The notes beneath the pieces were generated by a model. It saw only the letters and a program-made list of their open reading frames with translations, was not told the DNA's origin and ran no database searches. The position numbers and the translations under genes were made by a program. Shown here piece after piece: positions 35,256 through 48,399 of a stretch of DNA of 64,000 nt. Position 1 is the stretch's first letter. Each line of letters begins with the position of its first letter. Source of the stretch: Eledone cirrhosa. Taxonomy: Eukaryota. The stretch spans positions 9,486,001 through 9,550,000 of the forward strand of contig OZ024747.1 of NCBI GenBank assembly GCA_964016885.1, in the 5' to 3' direction.

Positions 35256-35415
35256 TATATAATAGATTTGTTTAAACATATAAATATATTTCAACATACC
35301 ACCATTTTATTTTTAACATCACAAATATATTTTAACATATCTTCGACATATTTAGTTTAATCTTATCACAAGTTCACGAGTATATTTTAACATATCCCAA
35401 TTTCATTTTTAACAT

Positions 35416-35467
<52 letters not shown>

Positions 35468-35508
35468 CGAAACATAAGTCAATTGCATGAACTCATAATC
35501 CTTTATTT

Positions 35509-35564
35509 ACTGGTATATATATTTCGATGATAGCCATTGAATGGCTATGACCTCATCAGGCAGT
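35509..35564 (-). ncRNA. Type I hammerhead motif, family B architecture
   Basis: acugc-CUGAUGA-gguc auagccau uca auggcuau cauc-GAAA-U auau A-UA^ccagu; the first stem I pair is mismatched. Confidence 0.7.
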
Positions 35565-35633
35565 TAGTCAGTTCTTAGATATGCCAGCTCTGTGTTTATA
35601 GTCTTGATGGTATCAGAGCCTATATTATATATA

Positions 35634-35713
<80 letters not shown>

Positions 35714-35755
35714 AAGACTGACTCTTTATCGACGTATGTATAAGAGATAGACTAT

Positions 35756-36325
35756 TTGTCGACACATACAAAAGTGGACTCTTTCGGCCTCCACCCGCTT
35801 TCCTGTCGCCACAGTGCCGGCCGCATTCCACTCCATGCTGCCCTCAACGAGGTCATTAAGCATGGCTTGGACGCTGCAGGCTTCCCTTCCCAGCTCGAGC
35901 CGGTGGGGCTAGATCGAGGGGACGGCAAAAGGCCAGATGGCATGACCATCTTCCCGTTCCGCGGTGGCAAACCCCTCGTCTGGGATGCCACTTGCACCGA
36001 CACTTTCTGCAGCTGCAACCTGGTGCAGTCTGCGACTGACCCAGGTTCTGCTGCACGTCGGGCTGAGGGGGCCAAACTCCTCAAATACCGGTCGCTCTCC
36101 GACAGGTTTGCGGTCGCACCCCTGGCAGTGGAGACTTCTGGTGTCCTCGGCCCCAGGGCTATCTCCTTACTCACCCCCATAGGCGTTGAGCTGGCCAGCG
36201 GCAGGTGTGAGCCCCGCGAGTTGGAATGGCTCTTCCAACGCGTCTCCCTCGCCGTCCTCCGAGGAAACGCCTTCTCCATTCTGTCCGCCGGGGCTGTGGG
36301 TGGGCCCCATCGCGTACCGTTGTAG
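35756..36325 (+). mobile_element. 3' fragment of a CRE-like non-LTR retrotransposon (restriction-like endonuclease domain)
   Basis: HPLSCRHSAGRIPLH...GDGKRPDG...GKPLVWDATC...KLLKY...AVETSG; GC-rich island. Confidence 0.75.
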
Positions 36326-36969
36326 TTGTAGAAGAAACCGGAAGACAACAACTGTAGATTATAAGATAAGTGTCACTGTGTATTCATATATAGACACACA
36401 CACACAAGCACAAACACATATATCTCTAGTAAAGATAGACTATTTACCCATATAGAGAGAGAGAAAACAGACAATAGACGCAGGTATTTCTTTTCTTCTA
36501 AGCAACTATAGCCCCCTCTGGTGGAACCAAGGGCCTTGTTTCAGTGGGGTTCCAGGGGACACTTTTTCAGACGTCTATATTTTATTTTTTTGTTTATTTG
36601 ATATAATAAATTCTTTTTAAGCTTATTTTTTTCATATCTGAACTTCATTTGAATATATAAAATTTAATTTTAGTTATGTGATAGGTCCGGGAAGGGAACC
36701 ATAAGCAATACTAACATGTCCCTTTAAGAATCAACAAATGTAGATTTGTCCCCCTCATATTTTAAAGGTAAAACGAGGCTCCTGAGTGGAACAGTAGTGT
36801 TCCAATTTTAGAACTCTTGGTCTAAATGAAGAGATGTAAATATAGTTTGCACTATGTCTTCCGACACACTTCCTGAACGAAACACTTGGAGTGGATTTGA
36901 ACACAGACCACATCCTATCTTGAGGTCCATTTTAACTGTATCGTATCTACTTTTGATTAAAAAAGTAAG

Positions 36970-37063
<94 letters not shown>

Positions 37064-37194
37064 GTGAGGTTTTTTTTACAAAATGAAAAATAACCGAGGT
37101 GTCCTACACGAGTGAAAGTATAAAGAAAAAGAGATGAAATCGAAAATGCAACTGGAGTCTTATTTTTTTTTTAAATATATATATTTATTTGGTT

Positions 37195-37232
37195 CCTTTA
37201 CCGGTTTCGCAGTTCTTCTGCTTTTCAAAAGG
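37195..37232 (-). ncRNA. 38-nt minimal type I hammerhead motif with U3-A8 core
   Basis: ccuu-UUGAAAA-gcag aagaa cugc-GAAA-C cg G-UA^aagg. Confidence 0.65.
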
Positions 37233-37269
37233 TGAGTTGAGATGGAGGGTCTGTGGTTTTTCTCACATT

Positions 37270-37333
<64 letters not shown>

Positions 37334-37372
37334 GATATTAATAAATGGAAACTATATTTATAAAACCATATC

Positions 37373-37437
37373 TATTTTATTATACATATTTCAAGGATAC
37401 CATGTTAAATTATGGTATGTTTTCATCAGACAAAATA
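37373..37437 (-). ncRNA. Type I hammerhead motif, family B
   Basis: uauuuugu-CUGAUGA-aaacauaccau...augguauccuu-GAAA-U augu A-UA^auaaaaua. Confidence 0.75.
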
Positions 37438-37710
37438 CAATATATACCAGTTTTATAAATAAATTTTAACATACCCTTTCAAAATGCAACCGTTACTTTT
37501 GGAAGACATCAGGATATTGGATTTGTTTATCTTAGTAAGTCATTGTGTTACGGAGAATATATATATATATATGTGTGTGTATATATATATATATATATGT
37601 AGGAGGTGAGTTTTATTGTAGTACAATAAAGCAATGCAGATATCGGATAAGAAGCACTCTACAATTTGTGGGACTGGAGTATGTTAACTCCTTTAACCAT
37701 CTTTTGATCT

Positions 37711-37748
<38 letters not shown>

Positions 37749-37817
37749 TATGAAGAGAGAAGAAACATTTAGATATAATTAGTAATAAAATGTATCATAC
37801 CTAAACTGCTCCTAAAT

Positions 37818-37907
37818 TCCTCGACTACGTAGTTTCGTGGCATAAACAAAAACAATATATCATAAAGATATAGAGTCCCTGCGAGGTCTGCCGACTTATC
37901 AAGAGGA
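37818..37907 (-). ncRNA. Hammerhead family D (U3-A8), inverted copy
   Basis: Reverse complement of 38431-38520. Confidence 0.72.
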
Positions 37908-38430
37908 TACCTCATTTTACTAGTCTCAAGAACGCGTCTACACGACGTGAGAAAGAATCCCAAAAGGCGGAGGGGGAGATAGTCACGCGATATAACGGTC
38001 GAGAAACAGAGCTAAGCCTCTTATAACCCCGAAGAAAATACCACGGAGGCGGAGGGGGTATTTATATCGAGGCCGTAGAAGAGGTGGTGAAGAAGCAGTT
38101 GGGTGCGGATGCATTCATGTATATATGTGTGTGTCCGCATGTATCTGTGTGTTTCTAAATATATTGTTAATAACTCCCTCTGGTCGAGCAATCTTTGAAG
38201 TGTGGGGACAGCTGGAAAGCTTCCATTACTCATACTTCTCGCCTTCTTCACCACCTCTTCTACGGCCTCGATATAAATACCCCCTCCGCCTCCGTGGTAT
38301 TTTCTTCGGGGTTATAAGAGGCTTAGCTCTGTTTCTCGACCGTTATATCGCGTGACTATCTCCCCCTCCGCCTTTTGGGATTCTTTCTCACGTCGTGTAG
38401 ACGCGTTCTTGAGACTAGTAAAATGAGGTA

Positions 38431-38520
38431 TCCTCTTGATAAGTCGGCAGACCTCGCAGGGACTCTATATCTTTATGATATATTGTTTTTGTTTATGCCA
38501 CGAAACTACGTAGTCGAGGA
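38431..38520 (+). ncRNA. Hammerhead family D (U3-A8 variant), predicted cleavage after 38515
   Basis: uccuc-UUGAUAA-gucggca...ugccac-GAAA-C uacgua G-UC^gagga. Confidence 0.75.
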
Positions 38521-39025
38521 ATTTAGGAGCAGTTTAGGTATGATACATTTTATTACTAATTATATCTAAATGTTTCTTCTCTCTTCATAATGTATTTTTA
38601 ACTCTGATACTGGTTCAGTCTAGTTCAACTGAATTGGTCTGTCCCAGTCATTCATTGAGCAACATCGGTGAAGTTGGCACCCTTAACTCACAGTTGGGTG
38701 CGGATGCATTCATGTATATATGTGTGTGTCCGCATGTATCTGTGTGTTTCTAAATATATTGTTAATAACTCCCTCTGGTCGAGCAATCTTTGAAGTGTGG
38801 GGACAGCTGGAAAGCTTCCATTACTCATACTTCTCGCCTTCTTCACCACCTCTTCTACGGCCTCGATATAAATACCCCCTCCGCCTCCGTGGTATTTTCT
38901 TCGGGGTTATAAGAGGCTTAGCTCTGTTTCTCGACCGTTATATCGCGTGACTATCTCCCCCTCCGCCTTTTGGGATTCTTTCTCACGTCGTGTAGACGCG
39001 TTCTTGAGACTAGTAAAATGAGGTA

Positions 39026-39115
39026 TCCTCTTGATAAGTCGGCAGACCTCGCAGGGACTCTATATCTTTATGATATATTGTTTTTGTTTATGCCACGAAA
39101 CTACGTAGTCGAGGA
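39026..39115 (+). ncRNA. Hammerhead family D, second tandem copy, predicted cleavage after 39110
   Basis: Same sequence as 38431-38520. Confidence 0.75.
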
Positions 39116-39348
39116 ATTTAGGAGCAGTTTAGGTATGATACATTTTATTACTAATTATATCTAAATGTTTCTTCTCTCTTCATAATGTATTTTTAACTCT
39201 GATACTGGTTCAGTCTAGTTCAACTGAATTGGTCTGTCCCAGTCATTCATTGAGCAACATCGGTGAAGTTGGCACCCTTAACTCACAGTTGGGTGCGGAT
39301 GCATTCATGTATATATGTGTGTGTCCGCATGTATCTGTGTGTTTCTAA

Positions 39349-39501
<153 letters not shown>

Positions 39502-39895
39502 GGTTATAAAAAGGTAATTTATTCCGAGTGTTTACAAATGTTTCTTTAGTAGTTACACAGCCTAGTCATGCTATATGCAAATTGGTAGTTATTTATTTGC
39601 AGATACTCAATTTTCAAATGCTGTTCGGACCACCAATTCTTCAGAACGAGTGACTGGATTATGATTTCTTTGTATTTCTTAAAGGGAGTAATTGGGGAAT
39701 ATAGAAGAATCGGAAACTCCGGAATATAGAAGAATCGAAAACTGAGTTTCTTTAACTGTTCTTTAGTAACTCATTGAGTAACCCCCCTCACCGTACGTCG
39801 ACTCTATCTAGCGTAGAAATTAACCATTACTGCATTCAGGATAATCCTAAGCATTCCTTGCATAACCTAATATATATATATATATATATATAGAA

Positions 39896-41356
39896 CTAGC
39901 AGTGGTACCCGGCGTTGCACGGGAAAGGTATTTTGGAACGCGGGCCGCCAACAGACATAATCGTGGAAAACTGCATTCCTGGACAATATGTAAAGAAAAT
40001 AAACCGAATAATCTGATGGCTGGATAATCTTTAAGATTTTCCTCGATGAAACAGGAAAAATGCAGGTTTTCACCTAATGGGGGCCTTAGGGGATCAAGAA
40101 AATGAATTCTTTTTATGTACATAATATGCCTTGAAATTTCGGGAAAATCGACTAGACGTAACGCCTAAAAAAAGCCCTAAAAAGCTGAATAAATGAAGTT
40201 TTTCACCTAATGCGAGCCCTAGGCCTTAAAAAAGTTGGATTTTCTTTGCTCACGGTATGAAGAAGAGACTGACTAATACATAGTTACAATTTCAAGTAAA
40301 TTGGTCTGACATAACGCCTCAAAATACCCCTAAAAACCTGAAAAAACGCAGTTTTTCACCTAATGCTGGCCTTAGGGGATCACAAAGTTGAATTTTTTAT
40401 GTGCACAACACTCCCTGAAACATAACGCAGGCCGTCAACAGACCTAATTGTGGGAAAACTGCATGCCTGGACAATATGTAAAGAAAATAAACCGAATGCT
40501 CTGATGCAATTAGTATTAGGTATGCTTCTCCTTCCACGTGGAGAATATCGGCTTGGTGCTTTTGTACTTTAATAAAGTGGCATGAGTCAGCAGGACAGAT
40601 GTCACCACTTATGTCAGAGGGAAGTCTGCAATGCTTGAGCAAGGCATGACGTGCAATCGGACAGCATGTGGAGCCTTCTCCAAGGAGTCCACCACATCTT
40701 AGTAAGTAAACGCAACTGGACAAACGTTTACCAAACTGTGGGTATAATTTAAGAAATTTAAAGAGGAATGGTGCAATAAAATGGGCCCCGAGGCGTGTGC
40801 GTGTTCACTGGCAGCCCTAAACGAAAGGGTCGCCATCAGTTATTTCAAGGGCCCTTAAAAGGGCATTGTAAGCCGTTTACTGACACCCCAGTAAGGAGGG
40901 GTAACCATCAACAATTCCAAGTGGTGGCCCTAAAAAGGGCCATGTGAGCGTTCACTTGTAGCCCTTAATAGTGACTTTGACTGCGTTCTCTGACATTTAG
41001 AGGGTGTTACGGTTGCTTCCACTGGTAGCCTTTAGAATGAATCAGAATGCGTTCGCGGTCCGTTTAACAGCTCTGCATTGACTCGCCGAGTGCGATGTGG
41101 ACAGGTACAGGCAGATAATATAAGGACGCGACGTTATATGTATGCATCTATCTAAAAGGAGAAAGACTAAGAATTATAGAGAGAGATCGCTAAATCGCCT
41201 AATGCGGTCCCTGGGGTATTGAAAATTTGAATTTTTGTTTGTTCAGATCACTCCCTGAAACATAAGTATTACATGTGTAAAGTTTGAAAACAGTCGGTTG
41301 TGTGGTTCTCGAGTTTTAGGGATTCAAACTCACACACAGACAGACATCCTCAGTTT

Positions 41357-41365
<9 letters not shown>
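39896..41365 (-). mobile_element. Non-autonomous Helitron-like element
   Basis: Minus-strand 3' end has hairpin CCCGTGCAACGCCGGG then CTAG; internal sub-repeats; other end has GTCT/GT repeats next to (TA)n. Confidence 0.65.
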
Positions 41366-41419
<54 letters not shown>

Positions 41420-41546
41420 AAAGTTATATTTAAACTGTTGGGTTACAACTAGTAAATATTTATAACTGATATAAAAGCACTCAACAAGTATTTGGAGTAT
41501 ATTTACGATATTAAATAAATGGAAACTATATTTATAAAACCATATT

Positions 41547-41612
41547 TATTTCATTATATATATTTCAGGGATATCATATTAACAATATGTTATGCCTTCT
41601 TCAGACAAAATA
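41547..41612 (-). ncRNA. Type I hammerhead motif, family B (CUGAAGA core)
   Basis: uauuuugu-CUGAAGA-aggcauaacauau...auaugauaucccu-GAAA-U auau A-UA^augaaaua. Confidence 0.75.
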
Positions 41613-41741
41613 CAATATAGACAGTTTTATAGATAAATAGATTTGACATACCGTTCAACATCGACTTGTATTTGAAAAAGTTGATTTGGCAGATCAAATC
41701 AACTTTTTCAAATACAAGTCGATGTTGAACGGTATGTCAAA

Positions 41742-41797
<56 letters not shown>

Positions 41798-41838
41798 AAG
41801 ATATTAATAAATGGAAACTATATTTATAAAACCATATT

Positions 41839-41903
41839 TATTTTATTATATAAATTTCAAGGGCGACCAACCCAACCTTGGTGCGCTTTCATCAGATAAA
41901 ATA
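41839..41903 (-). ncRNA. Hammerhead family B in the inverted pLTR
   Basis: uauuuuau-CUGAUGA-aagcgcaccaa...uuggucgcccuu-GAAA-U uuau A-UA^auaaaaua. Confidence 0.8.
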
Positions 41904-42311
41904 CAAAATTAATTTGTTTTATAAATAACGACATACCCATGGAAATCAACCTTAACGGTCGGAAATTCGCAGGATAGTGGAAACTTATTAGGGGTAATTC
42001 AAAGTTATCTGTGAATATGCAAATGAATGTATGATAAATTGAAAAAAACAACCGTTTATTTAAATTATGCTGTAAGAAAGCGCACCAAGACTGGCTTGGT
42101 CGCCCTTGAAATATATATAATAAAAAGGGTTTTATAAATATAGTTTCCATTTATTAATATCTTGGAACATTTACTCCAGTAAACTGTTGAGTGCTCTATA
42201 TCAGTTATAAACATTTATGTTTGTTGGAATTCCAACAAATTAAATACAACTTCTACATATATATTGCTCCTTTATTGTTGAGCACTTTAAATTATAACTG
42301 ATTGATAAATA

Positions 42312-42887
42312 ATGGAATTCTTTAGGATCTCTTCTTCGCTAAAAGACACACCTCTACCTAAGAATAAGGGCTATCTCAAACAATTCATTGAGAAATCTGA
42401 CTCCTTTATACGAAGACTTAGATGGCGTGCCTTCCATTTCGATAGAAAATCAGATGAAAAAGCAAATAAATCCAACTTCGATATGATCTTCAAATCCAAG
42501 AAAAATCCACCTAACAACAAACTATTAATGGAATTTGAAAATGAAATAATATCAATTATACAAAACATCAAATTCAAGAAAAACCAATTCGCAGGCCAGG
42601 AATACCTTAAAGGTCTTAAGAATAATATAGAAAATCTTGAAAAAACTGAGAAAATCCTCGTAAAATCTGACAAAACCAACAATCTATACGGAATGCAAAA
42701 GGACGAATACAATAACCTTATATTGAAAGAATTAAGGAAAAACTACAAAATAACAACCAATGAAGACCTGGAAATGCTAAATAGAGAAGCTTCTGAAATA
42801 ATTCATAAATTAGGCATCGAAAATAGGACCGAACCCTTTATACCTAGAAAACCCAAAATTAACCTGAAAGACCACAAAAGAAACTAA
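42312..42887 (+). pseudogene. N-terminal 191 aa of a Penelope-like (probably Naiad-type) RT ORF, ending before the RT core
   Basis: SLKDTPLP...FIRRLRWRAF, KSDKTNNLY (DKT form of the PLE DKG motif), INLKDHK then stop; clade recognised from memory. Confidence 0.7.
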
Positions 42888-43463
42888 CTAATAAATAAAC
42901 AAACTGTGATTTTCAGTATCTTCCCAATTTAAAACATTAAAAACATATAAATAATCTTATTAACTCAGTTAATTTAATATAAACCAGTATCCCTCATAAC
43001 TTATTAAAACAATTATCTATAACATTCACTCATATATCTATTCTTCTATCTATATTTTTCTATCTATTGATTCTCCTACTTTACATCTAATTTACATCTA
43101 TTTTCAATTTATTTTTCAATATATCTTTATATATATTTATATTTTCTATATATTTAGTAAATATACGTAACATTAATATAAACTTAAGACTTATTTACGT
43201 TACATGAGTTCATCCTCTGATAAATTTCTTTCTTCCCTCTATCTCTCTATCTATCTCATAACAGTAATTTTTTCCTTCTCTCTTTCTTCCCTATCTTACA
43301 GCGTAATTTAAATAAACGGTTGTTTTTTTCAATTTTTCATACATTCATTTGCATATTCACACATAACTTTGAATTACCCCTAATAAGTTTCTATTATCCT
43401 GCGAATTTCCGACCGTTAAGGTTGATTTCCATGGGTATGTCGTTATTTATAAAACAAATTTTG

Positions 43464-43528
43464 TATTTTATCTGATGAAAGCGCACCAAGATTGGTTTGG
43501 TTGCCCTTGAAATATATATAATAAAATA
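43464..43528 (+). ncRNA. Hammerhead family B in the 3' pLTR, predicted cleavage after 43520
   Basis: 8-bp stem I, full core, 1-bp stem III with palindromic AUAU loop. Confidence 0.85.
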
Positions 43529-43669
43529 AATATGGTTTTATAAATATAGTTTCCATTTATTAATATCTTGGAATATTTACTCCAGTTAACTGTTGAGTGT
43601 TCTATATCAGTTATAAACATTTATGTTTGTCGGAATTCCAACAAATTAAATACAACTTCTACATATATA

Positions 43670-44440
43670 TCTGTATATATATAAAATTAAGTATGTGTGT
43701 GTGTGTGTCTGTGTATTACCTATAGGGGCCTACATCTTACGACCGATTTTCATGAAACTTTACAGGCTCATAGATTAGTCATCGGGGAGTGTTTTCTATA
43801 TATCAACGTATCGTTTTTTTTTTTTATTCCGGGGTCATTCTGCAGATAAAAAAGGATAGGGGGGGGGGGGGGGGCACCTTTTTTTTAGGTATCGAAAAAT
43901 AAGATTTTTGGCTCTAGCTCCCCATTTTGCCACCGATTTCGTTCAAATTTTAAAGCAAAATAGAATTTATCATTGCACATCCTGTAATGGCTTTATATTT
44001 TGCCTTTGTTGTTCAGGAACGGCGTGGCAGCCGCTTAAATATTCGAAAATGCCACCTTTTCGCTCAAATTTCCGCCTTTTCGGCTCTAGCTCCCACATTT
44101 TTCAACCGATTTCGTTCAAATACGAAACTTCGGTTCCACCTCACACATAAATCAATTTATTTGGTTCAACTTTTATACTACGATAGAACCTATCATTGCA
44201 CATCTTATAGTAGCTTAACACTTTGCATTTTTTTGTTCAGGGACGGCGTGGCAGCCGTTTAACTCTTCAAAATCCGATTTTTTCCACCTCCCACATATTC
44301 CATACGATTTCACTCAACATTTCGCCATTTGCTACACCTTACGACCGATTTTCAAGAAACTCGCAGTCGCTAAGATCAACACCTTTTCATCAAAGCAGAT
44401 ATTATTTTACCTACCCAGGCAATGCTGGGTACTGCTGCTA

Positions 44441-44441
<1 letters not shown>
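43670..44441 (+). mobile_element. Non-autonomous Helitron-like element
   Basis: A|TC start, subterminal hairpin ACCCAGGCAATGCTGGGT, CTAG|T end. Confidence 0.7.
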
Positions 44442-44479
<38 letters not shown>

Positions 44480-45548
44480 CATACAAATAACGAAATTAAC
44501 GCGACATACCATATAAGGTAAAAATTACAAACTAGATTATACCATATAAGAGAAAAAACATACAAACAAATTTGTCATACAAATAAATGTATTATACAAA
44601 CACGCACACACGTGACCATATAAGGTAAAAAAAAAAAGTTTTAAAAAATAACATGCAACTATAAAACTAAACAGACCATATCGCGAAGAAAAAAAAAAGA
44701 CATGATACCATATAAGGTAAAAGTTAAAGACAAAATTGAAAAAAGAAAACGACAATCCGCACCAAGGCCGTATAAATATATCAACCAAAACACACATACA
44801 CAGAAAAATAAAAATTCCACAACTACAAGATCAACAGTACGCAGGCAACATCATTATATGGTTTGAATAAAAACAAATTAATGTAAAAAAATAATATCCA
44901 ACAAAGAATTTTGAAGAAATATAGAAAGATGCCGGAGAAAAAGCTTGTGTTAATAACATAGGAAGACTTATATTAGCACTTGGATTAAGTCTTATCTCAG
45001 CCAGTCGCTCCACAAAATTACTCATTATGGCTTCTATAGATTAACATTGTCGTCGTCATTATTACTGTTGTATTTGGAGTTGTTGTTGTAGCTGTTTCCT
45101 TTCTCCGATTTTATAATATTCTGTCGGATATTGTTGCCACCGGGAGAGAATTATAACCAGTAACCTTGGGATCCACCTATAATGCTTCATTCTAAATATT
45201 GTTCGTTTGTTTTTGTATATGTTGTTGTTTTTGTGGGTTTATTATTATTTTATTTTTCATTTCCCGAAAGTTCTAAAACAAATTTCTATAAATTGCTTAT
45301 ATATGTATTCAGAATGTATTCATACCAACGCTTTATGATGTCTTCTAGAATTTTCATCGAACGTTTATTGTCAAACTAGCAAAATTGTACAAATGTCGCT
45401 GTTTCAGCATATTTCTACATTTTAACGAAGCAAATTGTGAATACACACAGAAATATATGTATGGATATGTTTCAATAGCCGAGACACATATTGATATATA
45501 TATATATATTTATATCATATATAGTGAAATAAAATAACATGGACGATT

Positions 45549-45608
<60 letters not shown>

Positions 45609-45672
45609 ATAATAATAAAATTGAAGACTAAAATCCAGAGATTCTTTGCTTAAACTTTAATCTGTTATTTTA

Positions 45673-45736
<64 letters not shown>

Positions 45737-45763
45737 AATCGTCTATATATATATATAAGCGCC

Positions 45764-45814
45764 AGATTCCTGATGATTTCTAAAGAATGAAACAGTTCTA
45801 GTCCTGTAGAATCT
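45764..45814 (+). ncRNA. Hammerhead family A, best-formed copy
   Basis: agauuc-CUGAUGA-u uuc uaaa gaa u-GAAA-CAG uucuaguc CUG-UA^gaaucu. Confidence 0.75.
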
Positions 45815-45829
45815 CATCTATGTATATAT

Positions 45830-46020
45830 ATATAACGAAGGAAATGTGGTAAGGAACCAGATGGACCATAACGCACCAAAGTACTCAATACTTAAGGTAG
45901 TAGAGTGAGTAATAGAAACGAGTAGGACCCCGACGGCTGAGCTCAAGCCGTTTCGACGGCTAATTCTGGAGTCCAGAATTAGCCGTCGAAACGGCTTGAG
46001 CTCAGCCGTCGAGGTCCTAT
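45830..46020. mobile_element. Fold-back element family F (also 28430-28560 and 48765-48930) with the 3' half of a hammerhead
   Basis: Shared ACCAG.TGGACC...AGTACT block; GAAACGGC ttgagctca GCCGTC. Confidence 0.65.
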
Positions 46021-46164
46021 TCGTTCCTATGATTCTCTTTTGAGATGAGTTTGAGTTATTTTTCCTAAATCTTTCGTTAACTACTTTTCCCATCTTGACG
46101 TTATAGTCGCATATATGTTATAGAATGCCGTTAGCTTCTTGCTAAAACAATCTCTATACCTCTC

Positions 46165-46195
<31 letters not shown>

Positions 46196-46411
46196 AGGAA
46201 AATAAGAAAAACAGTAGAAAATGCTAATGAAATATTCTCATAGAATAACAGCAAAACATTTATCTAAAAAAGGGCAATTAATTGTACCGGTTTCAGCCAA
46301 ATGTTGCTTAGGCTTCTTCATGCTACATGAAATATGATTAAAAAGTGTATAATAAAATTAAGGTGCATATTAATAAGAAAACATAGTTTACATAAAAGAG
46401 TTCACATTTTC

Positions 46412-46453
<42 letters not shown>

Positions 46454-46582
46454 GTCCTCCTTGGTTTGTTCCTTGTATATTTTAAAATATTTTGCTGTTA
46501 TTCTATGAGAAAATTCCATTACCATTTTCTACTATTACCCTTATTTTCCTAACATATATCAACTCGTGTGTCACTTCTCAAC

Positions 46583-46635
<53 letters not shown>

Positions 46636-46831
46636 AGAAAATGCCAAGTAGTTTCAGATGTTAAAGTCCTTTATTGATAAGGCTGTGATACATATTTCAA
46701 TGACGACAGTGGCCACACGATTCCGGTGAACTAGTCCACAAATTCCATAACACACTTCGTGTGGGTTTTTTTTACGATTGAAAAGTACAATAGTTTATAA
46801 CTTTGCCTATTAATCCGTATGGTGAGCAAAT

Positions 46832-47172
46832 GGGGTCCCACGTGCTGGTCTCCCCACAGCCCCGGCGGACAGGATGGAGAAGGCGTTTCCCCGGAAGATG
46901 GTAAGGGAGATGCGCCGGAAGAGCCATTCCAACTCGCGAGGCTCATGCCTGCGGCTGGCCAGCTCAGCACCTATGGTGGTGAATAAGGAGGTAGCTCTAG
47001 GGCCAAGAAAACCATAAGTCTCCACTGCCAAGGGCACGACCGCGAACCTGTCGGAGAGTTTGGCCTCTTCAGCCCGACGTGCAACAGTACCTGGGTTAGT
47101 CGCAGACTGCACCAGGATGCGGCTGGAGAAAGTGGCATCCCAGACGAGGGGTTTGCCACCGCGGAACGGGGA
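46832..47172 (-). mobile_element. Second, more decayed CRE-like retrotransposon 3' fragment
   Basis: EPRELEWLFRRISL..FRGNAFSILSAGAVG is nearly identical to 35756-36325. Confidence 0.8.
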
Positions 47173-47485
47173 TGTTGGAAAGTGTAGGTAAGAAGACAGC
47201 TATCTGTTTAGAATGTTGTCCATTGTTATGTTAATGCTAATAATTTTGATGTTTAAATCAAATTACTTAAACATTTTTAACTGGTCTTTTCTAAAACGTT
47301 CGTCAAACCGTTGTATGAAATTGCTTAAAAGATTGTCTCCATAAAACCCAGACCTGTACGGTAGTTTCCGTTCTATATGTGTCTAATACGCTCCCGAGAT
47401 CTGGAACTCCCCGTTCTGTGGAAGCTCTCCTAGGAGACATCAGAGTCACACAATTTTTACCCAGTAGGAATTGTCAAGATGTATA

Positions 47486-47566
47486 TGCAGGGTGTCCCAA
47501 AAATGTATACATACTTCAACAGCATTCTAATAAATATGTACATACATTTTTGGGGGACACCCTGTA
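47486..47566. mobile_element. Tc1/mariner-type MITE, short copy
   Basis: CAGGGTGTCCCAAAAATGTAT / ATACATTTTTGGGGGACACCCTG. Confidence 0.8.
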
Positions 47567-48399
47567 TATGAACAACTTTCTCGCGTTCATTACTACCACG
47601 GTATTGATATTCCTATTCGTAGTATATTTTCTGAAGAATTCTAAGGTTTTAATACGAATGGGATTTAGATATCTTTCTTTATTTGCCACGGGGCGTACAA
47701 AAAATGGGACATTACAAGATGTGACGGCGGTGGTTTTACATAAAAATCATATAACTTTAACGTTAATAAATAACAATAAACTATATAAAATAAAATAACA
47801 ATTGAAATCCCCGGTAGGGGGGAACGTTACTGCAGGGTTGTTTTACACCCCGTGAATAGAACAACCCTCAACACCAGGAACACGTTTTGTAGGTGTTCCT
47901 GTCTTCCCTCTGTTTATCTTCCTCAACCTAACGGTTTATATACAGAGAAGGCCCATTCACTCGGGCCATTTTCACCATATTCACCCACTTTTCAGCGAAT
48001 TTACTGGGGTGTAGAACCTCTCTCTCCACTCTCACCTTCCTTCTGAAGCGGTACTTAAAGAAGGGGATAAGTTGTTGACCGGAGAGAAAGGGATTTAGAT
48101 ATAAAGGGATAGAAGTTCACTATATTAAATTGGAAGAATCTACAGAGCGGCTTGTTTAAAATACTGTGGCATGATTTAAAGATGGTGGTGCAACATTTCC
48201 ATTGTGCTAGTATTTCAGACATCAAGAATACACTTGCTGAAAATCGTAATTTACTTTAGGAAGAGTTAATTAACCAGCACTTATTATTCGAGAGGAATTT
48301 GGTCTTATAGTCTTTAGGTGTGGGATTTACACCTACAAGTCCGGGCAAGATGTATGTGGAAGACCAGCATACTATTCTTCCCTCTTCGCATCGCCAATG

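Larger units (their letters stand above)
41796..43665 (+). mobile_element. Internally deleted Penelope-like retroelement: inverted pLTR, partial pLTR, truncated ORF, 3' pLTR
   Basis: 41796-42075 is an inverted copy of about 43295-43572; 42078-42260 repeats 43478-43665; hammerheads lie in the repeats. Confidence 0.8.

Noticed and set aside
37769-39164. Repeated 64-aa and 76-aa ORFs
   Set aside because: Non-ATG starts and no recognisable domain; repeated only because the 595-bp unit is repeated
39600-39650. CTGAAGA...GAAA on the minus strand
   Set aside because: Stems I and III do not form convincingly
42069-42126. Hammerhead at the start of the Penelope-like element
   Set aside because: The 5' core and stem I are replaced by the inversion junction
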